Shown here piece after piece: positions 59,432 to 64,000 of a DNA stretch of 64,000 nt. The stretch spans positions 83,441 to 147,440 of the forward strand of contig CAVTVW010000009.1 in NCBI GenBank assembly GCA_963738255.1, written 5' to 3'. Position 1 is the stretch's first letter. Every line of letters begins with the position of its first letter. Made by a program: the position numbers and the translations under genes. The DNA comes from an uncultured Methanocellaceae archaeon. GTDB taxonomy: Archaea > Halobacteriota > Methanocellia > Methanocellales > Methanocellaceae. Under the pieces are notes generated by a model, which was given only the letters and a program-made list of their open reading frames with translations, was not told where the DNA came from and made no database searches.

Positions 59432-60175
59432 TTATGGTAGCGGCACATTACCATCCTTTTGCACCGATGCCTCATCATAAACAACGCGGCGATAATACCG
59501 TGCAAAGATGTGGTATCCTATACATGTCATAATAAAAAGCATCCACGGCAGAGCGAGAACGATCAGGCAGATACAATATATCTGATGGATCGCGAGCCAG
59601 AAAATAAGCATTATTGGCACCAGTATCATTAGTTGAACTATTAGATTTACAATAAATGCGATGATGAAATTTTTCGGGTGATCCAAAAATATTTTCAGGC
59701 CATTTCTGGGGTCGATCGCTTTACTTAGATCCGATGTGTCGGCCAGGATCATATATGAAATATACAATAGTGTTGTTAGCGGGAAAGTGGCGACCAGGAA
59801 TATCATGTATAAAACGATCCTTAAAATGGAGCCTGCTGGATTATTGTGAAGTCCAAGGTCAACAGCGAGTATGGCTATAAAATATATGATCTCAACGATA
59901 AATATCATTACACCATATATAATGCTGATAATAAATGCTCTAAAACCGTCACTTAGCAACCCCTCAAAGTCATTCCAGGCCGGCATTGTTTCATTGTGTT
60001 TAAGGGTCTCGCGGCCGATGCGGACCCAGTAGCCGAGAATAAATGGTATGCCGATCAGGATAAAGCTGAAGAGGAATACGATACCGCCTATGATGATCGA
60101 ACCTATGTTCGTGAATGGATATCTTAGCGAACTGATGATAATATCCACTGTGCCGTCTTTTTCTTCCACACTCAT
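59432..60175 (-). CDS. DUF4013-family membrane protein
   Basis: SLRYPF, ILGYWVRI, MPAWNDF..L..DG motifs. Confidence 0.85.
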   Translation of the reverse strand: MSVEEKDGTVDIIISSLRYPFTNIGSIIIGGIVFLFSFILIGIPFILGYWVRIGRETLKHNETMPAWNDFEGLLSDGFRAFIISIIYGVMIFIVEIIYFIAILAVDLGLHNNPAGSILRIVLYMIFLVATFPLTTLLYISYMILADTSDLSKAIDPRNGLKIFLDHPKNFIIAFIVNLIVQLMILVPIMLIFWLAIHQIYCICLIVLALPWMLFIMTCIGYHIFARYYRRVVYDEASVQKDGNVPLP

Positions 60176-60339
60176 ACCCCCAAAATATAGTAACCGCTTG
60201 TTTTTAATAATTTACATATTATTCTATTTAAAATTTATGACATTTATGCAATTTTAAGATGATAATTTTGTAGCAATATCCGGAACAACAAGACAGTTCT
60301 GATTATCGAAAAGAGTTATTTGTAATAGGGGATCCGGGT

Positions 60340-61062
60340 CTACCATATACCCGGAAACAGGCGGTATTGTACATATTGCATATACTCTTTATAGCCAGTC
60401 AGCTCTTTCTGTAATGCCTTGTCCTCCAGGCTCGTGCGTATGATGAGGAGCATGATGCTGATGGCTACCGGGGCTAAAGCCCAGAAAGATCCCAGCATCA
60501 ATGGCATAGCCAGGGAGTAGACGATCATCCCGAGATAGCCCGGGTGGCGTATACGCCTGTATGGCCCGCTATTAGTAACCGTATGGCCTCTGTCTTCCTG
60601 AATTCTTACGATCATAGAGAAAAAGTCATTACTCACCATCGCCCAAAAAAAGATGGTATAGCCAGTAATAAATAATGCAGTACCTGCCACCTGAACAAAT
60701 AGCGGGGCATGTCCGGGCCAGCCGAAGCGCATACTCAGCCCGGCGACAAGCGCCGATAGCAGTAAGAATAGATTGATGGCATTGAGTATGGCCATGTCCC
60801 ATTTTTTAGTCCCTCCCTTATTACTGGGGTTTTCTATACGCTCATTAAGCAATGAAGGGTTTATGATGAAGATCACGGCTAGTATATATGCCAGTCCTGT
60901 TCCTAGAACTGCCCATGCGAATATCCAGTCCGTACGGCCTGATGACACAAAAAGGATCACGCCGAAAACCATTAACGGTATGATGTTCGAAATAAGGAAT
61001 TTGAAGCGTACTCTCGTATCATCGGACATTCCTCTTTTTATTACCTGCTTATTTTCTTCCAT
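60340..61062 (-). CDS. Isoprenylcysteine carboxyl-methyltransferase-family membrane protein
   Basis: VRIQEDRGHTV..GPYRRIRHPGY, RTSLED..L..EL.GY. Confidence 0.9.
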   Translation of the reverse strand: MEENKQVIKRGMSDDTRVRFKFLISNIIPLMVFGVILFVSSGRTDWIFAWAVLGTGLAYILAVIFIINPSLLNERIENPSNKGGTKKWDMAILNAINLFLLLSALVAGLSMRFGWPGHAPLFVQVAGTALFITGYTIFFWAMVSNDFFSMIVRIQEDRGHTVTNSGPYRRIRHPGYLGMIVYSLAMPLMLGSFWALAPVAISIMLLIIRTSLEDKALQKELTGYKEYMQYVQYRLFPGIW

Positions 61063-61222
61063 AACATACCCCTTAAACGCAATAATTTTTAATGCCCGTT
61101 TTTATGATTATCCCACTGTAATCGCTAATATATTAATACATAATATGACAATCACTATATGAACGATTTTAGGGACAAAATAATGTTTCATAGGGGGTAA
61201 GGGTATTCAAAAGATATTATCT

Positions 61223-62389
61223 TTGAAAATATTGTCATTTCTTTGTGTTGCATTATTAGTTACTTCTCTAAATGTGTTTATACTGCCAGCCCGATCAAGT
61301 TCTGGCGATATCAATAATTTACATATTATTTCCGGCACGGGCGACTTCTCAAAGATCACGGAAAATCATACAATCATAGTATCTCCCGGACAAGAAATAA
61401 ACGGATCTGTGACATTATCAGCACATAATGCGTTCCCGGCTGGCTGGGTCGCACCTCTGATCGGGACGCCATCCTGGGGCGATAAGACCAGCAGCTGGTG
61501 GCTCATTTATAGCTCGCTGCCCGTGGGCGATTCCACCAAAAGTACCTCCGTCGATATAACAGCACCTCAGGAGCCCGGCGTTTATCATATTATTTTTGCA
61601 TTCTCTTGTGAAATGACCGGCGATCAGGTCGCTTCCGCGACCGATTGGCATGCGGGCCATGACGTATGGGGCGATGGAAACGATCTGGCAGACCTGAATT
61701 CCACTCAGGTATGGGAGGCACAGCATAATAGTCTGTTACCTATCATCTGGCTGTCCGCCGATGGATATTCGCCGGCATGGACTCCGATAGATGCTATTGA
61801 TATCCTCGTCAGCGGAACTGCCACTGGAACCGCATCACCGACAGCCGTACAAAGTCCGATTGTATCTGTCGTGCCATCAGTGCCTGTTACGCCAGCACAA
61901 ATAGCACAACCAGATATGCCCGAACTACCTCCGGCTATACCTACAATACCTCCGGCTGTGCCTACACCACTATCTGTTTCTGTATTACCGATTGTTTCGA
62001 CATCGCCTACTCCGACCGTGTCGCCAACAGTATCGATATCACCGACCGTCGTGCAAAAACCGACAGTGACCATATCACCCGTAGATGTACAAAAACCAGC
62101 CGTGGTGCTAAGCGACACGGATAAACTTCTCCTGACCGCGATCGTCATATTTGCATTTTTAGTCTTGATCATCATAGGCGCTTTATTTGTAATTTTTTAT
62201 GTGCAGGGAAAGCCGTCTAATAAGCCTACAACTTCAGGGTCCAGCGTCAGCCAAAGAATGGAACTTCCGGCAAAATTGCAGAATACGGATATTGCTAATA
62301 AATTACGCTCATTGCAATCTCAGCGGAAATATGGTATGATCACGGATCAGGAATTTGAAGATAAAAAGCGCGAGATACTGGAGAAATAA
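61223..62389 (+). CDS. Surface protein: extracellular domain, Pro/Thr/Val linker, TM and SHOCT domain
   Basis: TTG start, signal peptide; C-terminal LRSL...GMITDQEFEDKKREIL. Confidence 0.8.
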   Translation: MKILSFLCVALLVTSLNVFILPARSSSGDINNLHIISGTGDFSKITENHTIIVSPGQEINGSVTLSAHNAFPAGWVAPLIGTPSWGDKTSSWWLIYSSLPVGDSTKSTSVDITAPQEPGVYHIIFAFSCEMTGDQVASATDWHAGHDVWGDGNDLADLNSTQVWEAQHNSLLPIIWLSADGYSPAWTPIDAIDILVSGTATGTASPTAVQSPIVSVVPSVPVTPAQIAQPDMPELPPAIPTIPPAVPTPLSVSVLPIVSTSPTPTVSPTVSISPTVVQKPTVTISPVDVQKPAVVLSDTDKLLLTAIVIFAFLVLIIIGALFVIFYVQGKPSNKPTTSGSSVSQRMELPAKLQNTDIANKLRSLQSQRKYGMITDQEFEDKKREILEK

Positions 62390-62654
62390 TAAACTACCGT
62401 GGCCTGGTAAAAATAATAAATATCTTCAGCTTACCCGCCTACGCTTCGATCTGGGATATGGCTGATCGCTATGTGAATATGTGTCGAAACTACGGGGAAT
62501 ATTGTGACTTTTAATATGCGAGTATCTGGCGCGAGTATGATCATGCTAATGCACTAAGAATAATGGGCTATGTATACGGAGATAATTAAGAACACCTTTT
62601 TAATATCTATGTACCCAATATAATTTTAAATACTAAGCAATTGATTATAATGCA

Positions 62655-63365
62655 ATGATCGATCCGTTTGTCAAGCTTACAAATTTATTGATAGATGGTA
62701 AATTTAAGCCTGGCGCACCAAGATTTGATCCCTCGCGCATATATGACGTGTTTATATCAGACAAAGATGTTGTTACGTTCAATTTTGTTTCCAGCTTCAT
62801 ACAGGTGCCAATGAGCGAATTGACGATGGAAGAAGCCAGAATTGTTTACGATTATTACATAGCTAATATGGATAAAAAAGAGAACGAGCTGAAGACTGCA
62901 ATTGATCCGAGGCCCTGGAACGAGCCAACCTGGTTATTAAAGTCAAGTTATTATATTACTCGGGGAATATGTTTATTCGTCCTAGGTATAACCATTATAT
63001 GCGTTTTTATGTTTATGTTAACCTCGGTAACAAGCCCTAAAGCACCGGTCAATCCGGATATTACTGAAGCTATTAATATCGCTATGAGCGATCCATTAAT
63101 CAAGGATGCATCTTCTCATAGCACTGGCCATTATACTCCTTTTGCTTACGAATCGCCATCTGAGAACATCGGTCGAAATACTACTGATAAATTAATGTTG
63201 GTCAACATAGACACATATACGGTTAATCCTGATAAAACTACGACTCCTGGCTATACGGTCCTTGTGGATCTGACCACTAAAAAAGTCCTTAGTATTACAA
63301 CGCTGCCTAATTTAACGAATTATGATACCGGGCTGCATATAAAAACGCGTAATTTCACTGGTTAA
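62655..63365 (+). CDS. Single-TM hypothetical protein
   Basis: Central TM, EAINIAMSDPLI and VLVDLTTKKVL (PepSY-like) pattern. Confidence 0.7.
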   Translation: MIDPFVKLTNLLIDGKFKPGAPRFDPSRIYDVFISDKDVVTFNFVSSFIQVPMSELTMEEARIVYDYYIANMDKKENELKTAIDPRPWNEPTWLLKSSYYITRGICLFVLGITIICVFMFMLTSVTSPKAPVNPDITEAINIAMSDPLIKDASSHSTGHYTPFAYESPSENIGRNTTDKLMLVNIDTYTVNPDKTTTPGYTVLVDLTTKKVLSITTLPNLTNYDTGLHIKTRNFTG

Positions 63366-63550
63366 AAGATATAACGATATTCATTTTTTTGTTACTCATG
63401 CGTCAACATGCTCGCCTTCGCTTCGATGCCCATTGATATATGACGCGATGTCTGGGACCACAGCGACACAGTGAACACAGCGTTATTTTCGCATATTACA
63501 CAACCTATAATAACAATAATTATGATAATAGTTTGCCAAGGGATTTCATA

Positions 63551-64000
63551 ATGGACGAGCGTTTAGATATCGTATTGGATATTGTGGGTATAATCGGTCT
63601 CATTCTTGCTAGGGTCATATCTTTCAATATCGGCGGGGTATATACTGAGGGGTTAATATGGATCATAGTCCTATCGCTGGTCATCTTTATTGTTAGCTAT
63701 AATTCACTGAACCGGGTGCTTTCCAATCGTGTTGATATATCAGGCAAGCTTATTGCAGGCCGCCGATATGTACAGGTAGCTAATATCGTAGTTTTAGTCT
63801 TCTTAGTCCTATTCATATGGTTCTATGAAATAGGAGCCTTTGCCCTCATATTAGGGTTTGTGCCGCTTGGCTTCATATTGGCTTTATATACGAATATGAA
63901 AAAAATATTGAATAATTCATCCCTAAGTAATAAAAAGCCTGATGGCTATACCGAAAATACATTAAAACGGTCCGTAACGGAGGATCATATTTTAATCATA
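63551..64000 (+). CDS. Multi-TM hypothetical protein (runs off the right edge)
   Basis: Read manually: MDERLDIVLDIVGIIGLILARV... open to the window end with four hydrophobic segments. Confidence 0.65.
   Translation, partial: MDERLDIVLDIVGIIGLILARVISFNIGGVYTEGLIWIIVLSLVIFIVSYNSLNRVLSNRVDISGKLIAGRRYVQVANIVVLVFLVLFIWFYEIGAFALILGFVPLGFILALYTNMKKILNNSSLSNKKPDGYTENTLKRSVTEDHILII

Overview
Archaeal chromosomal window, most consistent with a Methanocella-like methanogen. This is an inference from the gene repertoire, the TATA/BRE promoters and the GGTGA/GGGGG-type ribosome-binding sites. It is a gene-dense accessory region with about 60 CDS: three ABC export modules, PadR/Lrp/TrmB/AbrB regulators, PAS sensor proteins, surface proteins and lipoproteins, small enzymes, msrA and an archaeal thyA. 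I found no rRNA, tRNA, CRISPR array or intact transposase. Strongest unexplained signals: (1) Two paralogous copies of a ~450-bp non-coding unit in inverted orientation (50733-51186 and 57646-58096). Each has a highly conserved promoter region and a ~205-nt RNA with four conserved hairpins and five unpaired UACCC(UC) motifs complementary to the local GGGUA/GAGGG ribosome-binding sites. (2) A signalling operon with a nine-PAS kinase (exact 387-bp period), a receiver protein and an unannotated RHH protein carrying five Cys-containing repeats. (3) Several further structured non-coding elements at 3377-3588, 13870-13993, 45867-46104 and 47576-47662. (4) An IS6-like MITE, a degenerate dispersed repeat family and a Pyr4/PaxB-like membrane terpene cyclase homologue. 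All structures were paired by eye and all family assignments come from motif recognition; no searches were run.
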